This document shows positions 36,027-44,995 of a stretch of DNA of 64,000 bases, piece after piece; the stretch's first letter is position 1, and each line of letters begins with the position of its first letter. The notes under the pieces were generated by a model. That model was given only the letters and a program-made list of their open reading frames with translations, did not search any database and was not told the origin of the DNA. A program made the position numbers and the translations under genes. Origin of the DNA: Candidatus Moraniibacteriota bacterium (GTDB taxonomy: Bacteria > Patescibacteriota > Minisyncoccia > Moranbacterales > UBA9337); assembly GCA_026985555.1 (NCBI GenBank), contig JALSQF010000010.1:161163-225162 (forward strand), read 5' to 3'.

Positions 36027-36845
36027 TTATAATGGACTCTTAATATTCTTTAACTTTGGATTGGTTATTTGTGTATAAACTTGAGTAGTTCTTATGTTAG
36101 CATGACCAAGTAATTTTTGCACATACCTTACATCTGTTCCGTTTTCTAATAAATGAGTAGCAAATGAATGTCTGAGAGAATGAAAAGTAGCCGGTTTTTT
36201 TATTTTAGCTTTCTGTAATGCTTTTTTAAAAACTACCTGAAAAGAACGAGTTGTTAATTTTCCACCGCGACCAGAGCTAAAGATAAAGTCATCGTTTTTC
36301 CTTCCGGCTAATAAATTCTGAAAATTTGTTTTTAATTTTTCTGGAAAAACTGTAATCCTATCTTTTTTACCTTTAGCATTTTTAATATGAATAGTCAATT
36401 CCTCTAAATCAATGTCTTTGATTTTTAAATTCTGAATTTCACTAATTCTTAATCCTCCTGCGTAGGCCAAAGCTATTGCTAACTTATATTTTTGATTGGT
36501 AATGTTTTCTAAAATATGGTTGATTTCTTTTCTACTTAAAACCACCGGCAATTTTTTACTTCTTTTGGCGAATTTTAGGTTAACCCCAGTATTGTCTTTT
36601 AAAACTTTTTCATATAAAAATTTTACGGCATTAAGAGCTAAATTAGTAGTTTGTGGTGATTTTTTATTAGGGAATTTTTCTAATAAAAATTTTTCCACCG
36701 CTTCTTGCTTATTTTTAAAGTTTTTATTTTTTATAAAATTTAAATATTGTCTAATATAAAATAAGTAAGATTTTCTTGTTTTTGGAGAATAATTTCGTAA
36801 TTTTAATAAATTTTCTGCTTGTAAAATAATATTTTTCATATACAA
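36027..36845 (-). CDS. Site-specific tyrosine recombinase, XerC/XerD-like (272 aa)
   Basis: N-terminal SAM-like core-binding domain; the C-terminal catalytic block TFHSLRHSFATHLLENGTDVRYVQKLLGHANIRTTQVYTQI has the R..H-R-Y signature. Confidence 0.85.
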   Translation of the reverse strand: MYMKNIILQAENLLKLRNYSPKTRKSYLFYIRQYLNFIKNKNFKNKQEAVEKFLLEKFPNKKSPQTTNLALNAVKFLYEKVLKDNTGVNLKFAKRSKKLPVVLSRKEINHILENITNQKYKLAIALAYAGGLRISEIQNLKIKDIDLEELTIHIKNAKGKKDRITVFPEKLKTNFQNLLAGRKNDDFIFSSGRGGKLTTRSFQVVFKKALQKAKIKKPATFHSLRHSFATHLLENGTDVRYVQKLLGHANIRTTQVYTQITNPKLKNIKSPL

Positions 36846-36908
36846 TAAAATTAGACAAAAAAAGAATAATTTTAAACTTAAATTTGTTTGTTTTTATCTT
36901 ATCAATTA

Positions 36909-36956
36909 TTCGCATTTTGTCAAATTTCCGTATTTATCACGAAATTTACTTCGCAT
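36909..36956. promoter_or_regulatory. Candidate dif-like recombination site ~65-110 bp upstream of the recombinase gene: TTCGCATtttgtcAAATTTCCGTatttatcACGAAATTTacTTCGCATaata
   Basis: Imperfect inverted arms (AAATTTCCGT / ACGAAATTT) around a 7-8 bp centre, bracketed by direct TTCGCAT repeats; reminiscent of single-recombinase dif sites (XerS/difSL, XerH/difH), which sit next to their xer gene. Confidence 0.3.
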
Positions 36957-37063
36957 AATAACCAGTTAGGCTACATTTTCTTTCAAATTATTTTTTGCTC
37001 ATAAGAAAAAAGGCGTCAGCTGTAAAGCCAACGCTCTGCTTTTGAATTTGAACCGGACCTCTT

Positions 37064-37231
37064 CTACTGTATAGTGTGTACCACCATCTGTATTACCTGT
37101 TTTACTCCAATATAAGCAAAGAGAAGCTCAACAATCCACATTAACGTGATTATTATAGCTATCAGGCCAACTATCACCCCATCTTTACTTGCCATAATCC
37201 TTTTAACGAAAAAAACTGTTATCCCTTTCAT
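37064..37231 (-). CDS. Candidate small hydrophobic protein (55 aa) with a strong Shine-Dalgarno, inside a GC-richer non-coding block
   Basis: Minus strand: GGAGGTcttATG aaa ggg ... MKGITVFFVKRIMASKDGVIVGLIAIIITLMWIVELLFAYIGVKQVIQMVVHTIQ*. One predicted TM helix. Followed by a weak hairpin plus T-run. Below the ORF-track length cut-off. Confidence 0.3.
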   Translation of the reverse strand: MKGITVFFVKRIMASKDGVIVGLIAIIITLMWIVELLFAYIGVKQVIQMVVHTIQ

Positions 37232-37643
37232 AAGACCTCCTTCAAAGTTTTGTAAAAGATCAGCTCCTCACAATAGCGAGAAACTAATCTTTTAGTTAAA
37301 AGACAATTTCTCAACTATTGATACCATAATATAGCATTTAACGGCATTTATATCAAGCCCACGACCGCGAAAAATAATTTAAAAGAAAACGTTGCGGGAA
37401 CGCTGCACTTTCGCTCCGCTGCATTACACTCACCCTCGCCTAATACCAAGTATGCGGAAAAGACTCGGATCGCCTTTTTCCAAATTCGCTTTTTTTCGTT
37501 AATTGGCAAATAAAATAAAAGTAAGTTAAAATATAATTAGTTAATTGAATACATTATTATAATTATAATTAATTTAATAACAAAATTATGAACATTGAAG
37601 AAAAAATAAATAGTGTTTCAGAATTAGAAAAAAGGATGATATT

Positions 37644-37856
37644 ATGTTAATTTATAAAAAACTTGATTATGATCCAGAAATTAATCAGTTACTAGGTAAA
37701 AACATTGATGAAGAAAAAGGACCTCAGGGTGAACCTATTTGGCCTAGTAATATGGTTATTGAAGAAAATGGTATTCTTAAAATTAATGGCAATAAATTTG
37801 ATATAGCCTTAAAAGAAGCTAAAAATATTGCGCAAGAAGATAATGATCAAGAGTGA
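37644..37856 (+). CDS. Hypothetical small protein (70 aa); the reading frame continues 33 codons beyond an in-frame TGA to TAA at 37956
   Basis: MLIYKKLDYDPEINQLLGKN...QEDNDQE-TGA-VLKIEKIAIKKQELISLIEKKLKQLGYNTEII-TAA: coding-like composition persists after the TGA. Confidence 0.35.
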   Translation: MLIYKKLDYDPEINQLLGKNIDEEKGPQGEPIWPSNMVIEENGILKINGNKFDIALKEAKNIAQEDNDQE

Positions 37857-38045
37857 GTTTTAAAAATTGAAAAAATAGCAATCAAAAAACAAGAATTAAT
37901 ATCATTGATAGAAAAAAAGCTTAAGCAATTAGGATATAATACTGAAATAATTTAATAAATTACCAAAATATTTACTATAAAAACTATAAGAATTTTAATT
38001 TATAAAAAAGTTTTATTTTATATATTATATAATTTTAAAAACTTA

Positions 38046-38558
38046 ATGTTTGTGATAAATTTTGAAAAGTTTGCAGAACTATTATTCAGAGAAATTAAAC
38101 TAAAATTAGAGAATAATCAAGGTTTGTCTATTTTCGCAAAAGAAAGAGCCAAATTTGAAGGTTGGTTAAAAGTAGAATTATGCAATATTTTATCCTCACC
38201 CAAATATTTTAATTATTTTAATGATATAATTCCTGAAAAAGATAGAATTGATATTACTTTTAAAAATTGGGCCATTGAACTCAAAACAATTAATACAAAT
38301 ATTCGTTATGAAAATGTAAAAAATAAAACCCGACCCACAACAAAAAATGTGCAAGGAGTTATAAAGGATATTAAAAAATTGAAGTCAAGAAATTATAAAA
38401 ACAAAGCCGTTTTATTTATTGCTTTTCCAATAAACCACGACAATAAACATTGGCAAATTCAGTTTAAAAAAATCGCTGAAGAATTGAATAAAATTAAACA
38501 TTCTGAATTTTATTTTAAAAAGAAAATCCCAGGAGTTATTTATTGTGGATTAATCTAG
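38046..38558 (+). CDS. Hypothetical protein (170 aa), possible PD-(D/E)xK nuclease-like core
   Basis: DRIDITFKNWAIELKT gives a D ... E-x-K arrangement after a beta-strand-like segment. Weak; no other motif. Confidence 0.35.
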   Translation: MFVINFEKFAELLFREIKLKLENNQGLSIFAKERAKFEGWLKVELCNILSSPKYFNYFNDIIPEKDRIDITFKNWAIELKTINTNIRYENVKNKTRPTTKNVQGVIKDIKKLKSRNYKNKAVLFIAFPINHDNKHWQIQFKKIAEELNKIKHSEFYFKKKIPGVIYCGLI

Positions 38559-38568
38559 TTGTATGTTT

Positions 38569-39831
38569 TTAACTTATTGCTAGTAAAACTAGCAATAAAG
38601 GAAAAATGTGAACAGAGTATAAAGCAGTTTCAAAAAAAGAGTGAAAACTAAAAGCTACTAAAGACAATAAAACACCTAATGCTATTAAGTTATTATTTTT
38701 AAAAAATTTATTATAATTGATTAAAAAAGAACTTATTATAATACCTGTCCAAGAGATAATACCAATTATTCCCAACTCTGACCAAATATCAAAGTAAAGA
38801 TTATGCGCATAAATAGGTTCTCTATAACTAGCTGAGGGTTTTACGCTTAAAGAATAATTTCCTATTCCTACTCCCCATCCACCATAATTTTTAATAATTT
38901 TTATGGCTTGTTGCCAATTATAAAGACGTTCTGCATTAGATCCTTCACTAAGATTAAAGGAGCTAATCAATCTATGATTTAAAGGAGATATTAACAACAA
39001 AATCAAAACAATAGCCAAAAAAGAAAGCCAGGGTTTCTTTTTTTGGAAAAATAAGTTTTTATAATAATCTTTTTTTATTTTTAAAACATTAATTAAAAAA
39101 AATAAAAATAAACTACCTAAAAAACCAAAATAAGCTCCGCGAGAAAAAGTTAAGATTAAAGCTAAAAAAATCATTAAAGTTATTCCTCCATAAATTTTTT
39201 TATGAGTTGTTAGAAAAAGAACACCAGCTAAAAAAAATGTCATCTCCCAATAAAAACCAGCAATATGTGGATCAGGAAAAAAAGCAATAGCGCGAAAAAT
39301 AGTTTCTCCTTTTATATTAACTAACCAGCTAGAATACTCTAAAACACTTTCACCAAAATTTTTTCCTAGAAAAAAAACGCTTATTTTTCTCCAAAAAATT
39401 AGCCATTTATCTAAACCTAACAAAAACTGCATAAAAAACTGACCTATTCCAATCATTGCGCTTAATCCACTTCCTAAAACAATAGCTTTTAAAATTTTTT
39501 CATTATTTTTTTTATCAAAAATAACCAAATGATTTATAATAAAATAAAGAGGTATCCAAGAAAAAAGAAAAAAAATTTTTCTCCAGCTCCAACTCAAATT
39601 ACTAGTAAAAAATAAAGAAAGAAAAATACTTATAATAAAAGAAAAAAAGAAAAAAAATTGTTTATCCCAACGTAAAAAAATTTTCTTTTTGAGTAAAGAT
39701 TGAATTAACCAAAAAAGAAGCAAAAACAAAACCAACAATCTTCCCCAAATTAAATCAACTCCTTCCAATGGATTAAGCGCCCACTGAAAAGGTAAGAAGA
39801 AAAGAAAAAACAAAAGAATTTTTAATAACAT
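38569..39831 (-). CDS. O-antigen ligase/polymerase-like polytopic membrane protein (Wzy_C/WaaL family candidate)
   Basis: 420 aa, >=10 TM helices with a large periplasmic-loop region; sits in a glycan cluster with GT4 and GT-C enzymes. Confidence 0.5.
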   Translation of the reverse strand: MLLKILLFFLFFLPFQWALNPLEGVDLIWGRLLVLFLLLFWLIQSLLKKKIFLRWDKQFFFFFSFIISIFLSLFFTSNLSWSWRKIFFLFSWIPLYFIINHLVIFDKKNNEKILKAIVLGSGLSAMIGIGQFFMQFLLGLDKWLIFWRKISVFFLGKNFGESVLEYSSWLVNIKGETIFRAIAFFPDPHIAGFYWEMTFFLAGVLFLTTHKKIYGGITLMIFLALILTFSRGAYFGFLGSLFLFFLINVLKIKKDYYKNLFFQKKKPWLSFLAIVLILLLISPLNHRLISSFNLSEGSNAERLYNWQQAIKIIKNYGGWGVGIGNYSLSVKPSASYREPIYAHNLYFDIWSELGIIGIISWTGIIISSFLINYNKFFKNNNLIALGVLLSLVAFSFHSFFETALYSVHIFPLLLVLLAIS

Positions 39832-39844
39832 ATTTTTTCATTAA

Positions 39845-42163
39845 CTAATTTTCTTCCCATAAACAACTAATAAAATTATCTTGATTTAAAACAGTCCGCC
39901 AGTCAAGTTTATTTTGACTAGATTTAAGCTGCATTGATTTCCATTTTAATTTCCATTCTAAAGGATATTTAAGTTGAAAGCTAAAATCACTTTGAATTCC
40001 AGCTTGTTTTTGAACTAAAAGAGAATAATAATTATTTTTATCGGTTAAGTTTACATAAAAAGGTAACTGATATTTATAATGCACAGTCACTTTTTCCCCT
40101 GGACTAACATAAACCCAGTTAGCCAAAACAGTTTTCCCGCTATCTTCATAAACATAAGTACCACTTTTTTTATCCCTTTTTATGTTTTTTTCTTCATTCA
40201 AAACATCTTTATCAATTTTAAATTTTCTAGAATCATATTTTAAAGAAGGTAATTTTTCTTTAGTTTGTCCTTCTGCTAAAATTAATTTTGACCCTAAAGG
40301 AATATATACTCTCAAATAATCAGCATTCACCTTATTCCACCATTCATAAAAACTGTTTTTACCCTGATGTTCCCTAATAATAAATAAATCATTTATTATT
40401 GATCCATCTGATCGGACAGAAACCATCTGTTTTATTTTTTGTTTTATAACGCCATCTGTTTTGTAACCATTAATATTACTATTTATTACATTTAAATAAT
40501 CTTTCTGAGTTTCTTTAATTTTTCCTCCCCATCCTTGAGAAATAATTATTTTTTCTAAATCATTATTTTTAGAATAAATTAAAATATCTTTTTCTTTTAG
40601 AGATTCTAATAAAACCGGAATAATCTTTATCGTCTCTTTCATATTCTCTGCTTGAAATATCTTTTTTAAAATAATTTGAGATAAGGTTCCTAAAATTTTT
40701 TTAGGACGATTTTCATTTTTATCATATCCAATTTCAACTTCAGTTTGAAGCATTTTTAAAAAATTATCATTGCTAATATAAATATCATATTGAGATAAAT
40801 AAATTGGACCAGTTATTTTTAAAAGTTTTTTTAAAACATCAGGCGTAATAGCAATTACTCCATCTACAGTTGGCCCTCCAGTTTTTTCATAAAATACCAT
40901 CGCTTTTTCTGCTGACTTAGGAAAATCTGGCCACCAATTACTATCATGTAAACTCCAAGCTTTACTGATTTTTTGAATAGGACGAGGAGGAATTATATTA
41001 TCTTTAAGTTGACCATCTGGATTAAAAATTCCTTCAATAAAAAATTTTTCTATCTTTCCATTTTTTACATTTAATAAACCATAACTGCCAATAAAACCTC
41101 CTGTGGCTCTAATTTCTTGATTGTTTTGAAAAAGAAATAAATATTTACGTGGCCCATTTTTTCCTAATAGATCTTCTAATATATAACTATTATTCACAAA
41201 GAAATCAGTTGTTTTCTGAGCTATTTTTATTTGTCTTTTTATTTTAATTAAAGTTACTTGTTTTTCATTAGGCAAATCACTAATTTCTACTTTCTTTAAG
41301 CGTTGATTAGCTTTCTCCAAGTGTTGATTAGCATTTTTTATTTGTTTTTCTGTCTTTTGAAAAAAACTTAACCAAGAAAAATTTTTAAAATCATTATTTT
41401 CATTTAATTGATTAAGTTCTTGTAAATAACTAGATATTTCTTTTCCTGCTGTAGCTAATTCTTTGCCTGCTTGTAACAAATTATAACCAGAAGAAAGACG
41501 AGAAAAATAAGGAAGATAAGCAGAAATAGCCAAAATTGGCTTTCCTAATTTTTCTAACTCCTGACTAGCTAATTCAAATTCTTTTGCAGATTCCTCTAAT
41601 TTTTCACTAGAAGAAATAAAGTTTTTTCTTTTTATATCTTCTAAAGCTATTTTTGTTTCCTGATAAGCATGATCACTTATGCCTAAAACCCTTCCTTGAA
41701 TTTTCTTCATTTTTTTATAATAAAAAAAACTTCCTGATAATATAACTAAAAAGATTAAGAAAAATACCATTTTTTTTCTTAGTTTCATAAAGATCTTCAA
41801 TCTGTTTACTAGTTGTTTTAAAAATTTTAATGCCAAAATATTTTTTTGATAAGAATGCGTTTGCTTTAATTTTTCTGAATTTAAGAATTTTTTTTGAAAA
41901 TTTTTCTTTGTTTTATGACTAATAATTTTTTTTTGTTTTTCTTTTGAATATTTTTCTAAAGTTTTTTTGGAATTATTTTTTTTAGAAGAAGTTTTAACAA
42001 TATCCATCTTTTTACTTGAAGACAATTTTAGTTTTAAAAAAAACTTTTCCCTTGAAGTTTCTTTCTTAATAACTTTTTCCTTCCTTTCTTTTGCTTTAAT
42101 TCTATCAGAATAATGTCGGGAAGAAGATTGAATATCTAATATTTTATATTTTTTTCTTTTCAT
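39845..42163 (-). CDS. Large membrane-anchored hypothetical protein (772 aa), possibly DUF4012-like; coiled-coil N-half, beta-rich C-half
   Basis: Basic N-terminus, one TM (FFLIFLVILSGSFFYY), a long coiled-coil region and a C-terminal globular part. The DUF4012 guess is from memory of CPR envelope clusters. Confidence 0.45.
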   Translation of the reverse strand: MKRKKYKILDIQSSSRHYSDRIKAKERKEKVIKKETSREKFFLKLKLSSSKKMDIVKTSSKKNNSKKTLEKYSKEKQKKIISHKTKKNFQKKFLNSEKLKQTHSYQKNILALKFLKQLVNRLKIFMKLRKKMVFFLIFLVILSGSFFYYKKMKKIQGRVLGISDHAYQETKIALEDIKRKNFISSSEKLEESAKEFELASQELEKLGKPILAISAYLPYFSRLSSGYNLLQAGKELATAGKEISSYLQELNQLNENNDFKNFSWLSFFQKTEKQIKNANQHLEKANQRLKKVEISDLPNEKQVTLIKIKRQIKIAQKTTDFFVNNSYILEDLLGKNGPRKYLFLFQNNQEIRATGGFIGSYGLLNVKNGKIEKFFIEGIFNPDGQLKDNIIPPRPIQKISKAWSLHDSNWWPDFPKSAEKAMVFYEKTGGPTVDGVIAITPDVLKKLLKITGPIYLSQYDIYISNDNFLKMLQTEVEIGYDKNENRPKKILGTLSQIILKKIFQAENMKETIKIIPVLLESLKEKDILIYSKNNDLEKIIISQGWGGKIKETQKDYLNVINSNINGYKTDGVIKQKIKQMVSVRSDGSIINDLFIIREHQGKNSFYEWWNKVNADYLRVYIPLGSKLILAEGQTKEKLPSLKYDSRKFKIDKDVLNEEKNIKRDKKSGTYVYEDSGKTVLANWVYVSPGEKVTVHYKYQLPFYVNLTDKNNYYSLLVQKQAGIQSDFSFQLKYPLEWKLKWKSMQLKSSQNKLDWRTVLNQDNFISCLWEEN

Positions 42164-42181
42164 TATTCTTAAATAAGAAAA

Positions 42182-43318
42182 TTATTTTTCATTTTTTTTA
42201 AAACCGGAATAAACCTTAAAAGTATCTAACGCTGTTTTTTTCCAGTTGTATTTTTTAATTTGTTCTTTGCCTTTTTCTTTTAGCTTATTCCTTAATTTAA
42301 CATTTTTTATTACATTAATCATTACTTCAACCATATTGTCAACATCCTTTCCATTAAAATATACAACACTTTCCCCTAATATTTCTTGCATACAACCATG
42401 CTGAGAAGAAATTACGGGTAAATTTTCGGCCATAGCTTCTAGGGGTGGCAATCCGAAACCTTCATATAAAGACGGGAAAATAAACAAGTCTGCTTTTTGA
42501 TAAATCGTCTTTAGTTCCTTATCCGTAAGTGTATCAACTATTATAATTGAATCTATTTTTTTTAACTTAATATACTTTTTTAACCGCTGATAAAAAAAAT
42601 CATTTTTTCCAACTAATACTAGCGAATATTGAGGAAATTGTTTTTTAAAAATTTGAAAAGCATCTACTAATCTTTCTAAGTTCTTATGCGGATAAGCATT
42701 ACCCACATAAAGCAAATAAGGTATTTTTATTGCATATTTTTTTTTAAGATAACTAAATTTTTCCTTTTTTATAAAAATAGAAGGAGCTTCATAAATAACT
42801 TTTATTTTACCAGCTATTTTATTACCAAAATATTTTTTAATATCATTAGCAGTAAAATTAGAAATAGTTATAATTTTTTGCGCTTTCTGAATAATTTTCT
42901 TCATCATCCAATGATAAGTTTTGTATTTTATCTTATACCAAAGCCAATTGTGAGTAGAATTTTTATGAGTAGGAAAATGAAACAAAGTTAAATCATGAAT
43001 AGTGACTATAAATGATCTTTTATACATTAATGGCACATTAAAATGAAGAAAATGAACTAGATCACATTGTAATTTATAGAGCAATCTAGGAAAAAAAATT
43101 TGTTCTTTTAAAGAATACCAAGGAAAATCAGCTAATACTTTTTGAAAATTTTTATTACTTGGATGATAATCTGAATAATTATCTTTTCTTAAAAAAATAA
43201 AATAGTGATTTTTTTTATCTATTTTCTCTAATTCCTGTATCAATTTTTCTGTATAACGTCCTAACCCTTTGTTTTTTGCGCCATAAAAACGTGCGTCAAT
43301 TCCAATTTTCATTTTCAT
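42182..43318 (-). CDS. Glycosyltransferase family 4 (GT-B, retaining)
   Basis: 378 aa: C-terminal FPSLYEGFGLPPLEAMA (E-x7-E GT4 signature). Confidence 0.85.
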   Translation of the reverse strand: MKMKIGIDARFYGAKNKGLGRYTEKLIQELEKIDKKNHYFIFLRKDNYSDYHPSNKNFQKVLADFPWYSLKEQIFFPRLLYKLQCDLVHFLHFNVPLMYKRSFIVTIHDLTLFHFPTHKNSTHNWLWYKIKYKTYHWMMKKIIQKAQKIITISNFTANDIKKYFGNKIAGKIKVIYEAPSIFIKKEKFSYLKKKYAIKIPYLLYVGNAYPHKNLERLVDAFQIFKKQFPQYSLVLVGKNDFFYQRLKKYIKLKKIDSIIIVDTLTDKELKTIYQKADLFIFPSLYEGFGLPPLEAMAENLPVISSQHGCMQEILGESVVYFNGKDVDNMVEVMINVIKNVKLRNKLKEKGKEQIKKYNWKKTALDTFKVYSGFKKNEK

Positions 43319-44144
43319 AATTTTGGAATTTTTGATGAGGTAAATATTTTTTAGTAAAATTTAATGAATCATATACATTGGCTTCTGGTTCTACTTCAAT
43401 CTTAAAAACATTACCAGGAAAACTTCTGGGCCAAATTAAACGAAAATCACGTTCTTCTCCAGCAGTCAACGTATTCATTTGAGTACTATTAACTGCTAAT
43501 ATATCTCCTGCTTTATTTTTTAAAACCACTTTAACTATCACAGAATTAAAATCAAAAGGACTATCGTTTTTTACTAGACCATACACTGCTCCAAAAACTT
43601 CTGGAGAATTTACTTTTTCATAACGTTTTTGATAAACATTTAATTGTGGTTTTTCATTATATTGAGTAAATTCTTTCCAATCATAGTTTTCAAAAGTTAC
43701 TTTCATTTTATGAGGTAAATAATCGTTTTTTATCTTTAAATTAGTTTCTATTAAATATTTTTCCTCTCTAGGTAAAATAAAACTATAACCTGAACGAGAG
43801 ACTAACACTTTATTATTTGCATCTAAAAGTTTTACATTATAACGAAAACTTTTTGCTCCGTATTGTTCATTAGGATTTTTTATTTTAATAGCTACATCAT
43901 ACATTTTTGGACTACTATTAATAAATCTCTGCTTTTCAATCTCTAAATCCTTTGCTTTAATAACAACTGGACAAGCTTTGCATGGTCCTCCACAGTCAAT
44001 TTCCTCTTCTCCTTGATTCTTTTTTCCATCATGACAAGTTGGGCTAGGACGAAAAATCCAATAAAACAAAGAAGCTATTAAAGAAAAGATAAAAATATAA
44101 ATTATAATTATAGCTAATCTCTTAGTTTGTCTTTTTTCTAGCAT
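43296..44144 (-). CDS. Membrane-anchored extracytoplasmic protein (282 aa) with a Cys-rich segment (CHDG...CGGPCKAC)
   Basis: N-terminal TM, then two beta-rich regions; overlaps the GT4 gene end by 23 nt (translational coupling). No family recognised. Confidence 0.45.
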   Translation of the reverse strand: MLEKRQTKRLAIIIIYIFIFSLIASLFYWIFRPSPTCHDGKKNQGEEEIDCGGPCKACPVVIKAKDLEIEKQRFINSSPKMYDVAIKIKNPNEQYGAKSFRYNVKLLDANNKVLVSRSGYSFILPREEKYLIETNLKIKNDYLPHKMKVTFENYDWKEFTQYNEKPQLNVYQKRYEKVNSPEVFGAVYGLVKNDSPFDFNSVIVKVVLKNKAGDILAVNSTQMNTLTAGEERDFRLIWPRSFPGNVFKIEVEPEANVYDSLNFTKKYLPHQKFQNYENENWN

Positions 44145-44222
44145 ATTTTTTAATTTTGATATATAATTTTAATAATTACTATTGAATTATACACTATTTA
44201 ATAAAAATAATAAAATAAAAAT

Positions 44223-44921
44223 ATGACATTACATTTATTCAACAATCTTAAAGAACGTGACAAAAGCGAATCCATTAAAGATCTTATTGCTGATAGTTCT
44301 CCTCGGCAAGATTTTTTCTTAATGGTTATTCTTTCTGTGTTGATGGCTAGTTTTGGTCTATTAATTGACGATACGGCCGTCATTATTGGCAGTATGCTAG
44401 TTGCTCCCATTCTTTCCCCTGTCTTAAGTTTATCTCTCGGTATTGTTATTGCTGATTATCGCTTAATTTCTAGATCTTTCTATACAATTTTAAAATCTGT
44501 CATTTTTGGAATTATTTCTGCTACATTAGTTACTTGGCTTTTTAACTTTAACTCTAACTATCACGAAACTGCTTCTATAATTGCTCGTACAAAACCAAGT
44601 TTAATTTATGCAAGTATTGCTTTTGTAGCAGGATTAGCTGCTTCTTTTGCTAGAATTAAACCACAATTAAGTGAAACTCTTCCAGGCGTAGCTATTTCTG
44701 TAGCTCTTATTCCGCCTATTGCTGTTACTGGCATAGGCATGGCTCATTTAGATTGGAATGTTATTTCTGGATCATTTCTTTTATTTTTTTTAAATACAAT
44801 GGGAATAGTTTTTGCTAGTATGATAGTATTTTCTTTGATGAATTTATACGTAAAAAAGAAAATAATAGATCGCGCTATAAAAAAAGAAGAAGCCGCTTTA
44901 GAAGCAGAAAAAAATAAATAA
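44223..44921 (+). CDS. DUF389-family integral membrane protein
   Basis: 232 aa: IGSMLVAPILSPVLSLSLG and GVAISVALIPPIAVTGIGMA match the conserved hydrophobic DUF389 blocks. Confidence 0.55.
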   Translation: MTLHLFNNLKERDKSESIKDLIADSSPRQDFFLMVILSVLMASFGLLIDDTAVIIGSMLVAPILSPVLSLSLGIVIADYRLISRSFYTILKSVIFGIISATLVTWLFNFNSNYHETASIIARTKPSLIYASIAFVAGLAASFARIKPQLSETLPGVAISVALIPPIAVTGIGMAHLDWNVISGSFLLFFLNTMGIVFASMIVFSLMNLYVKKKIIDRAIKKEEAALEAEKNK

Positions 44922-44995
44922 GAATTAAAAAATATGTTATGGCTTTTTCTCTAATATAAATATAATGTTTTATAAAAAATCAGAAATAACTAATT

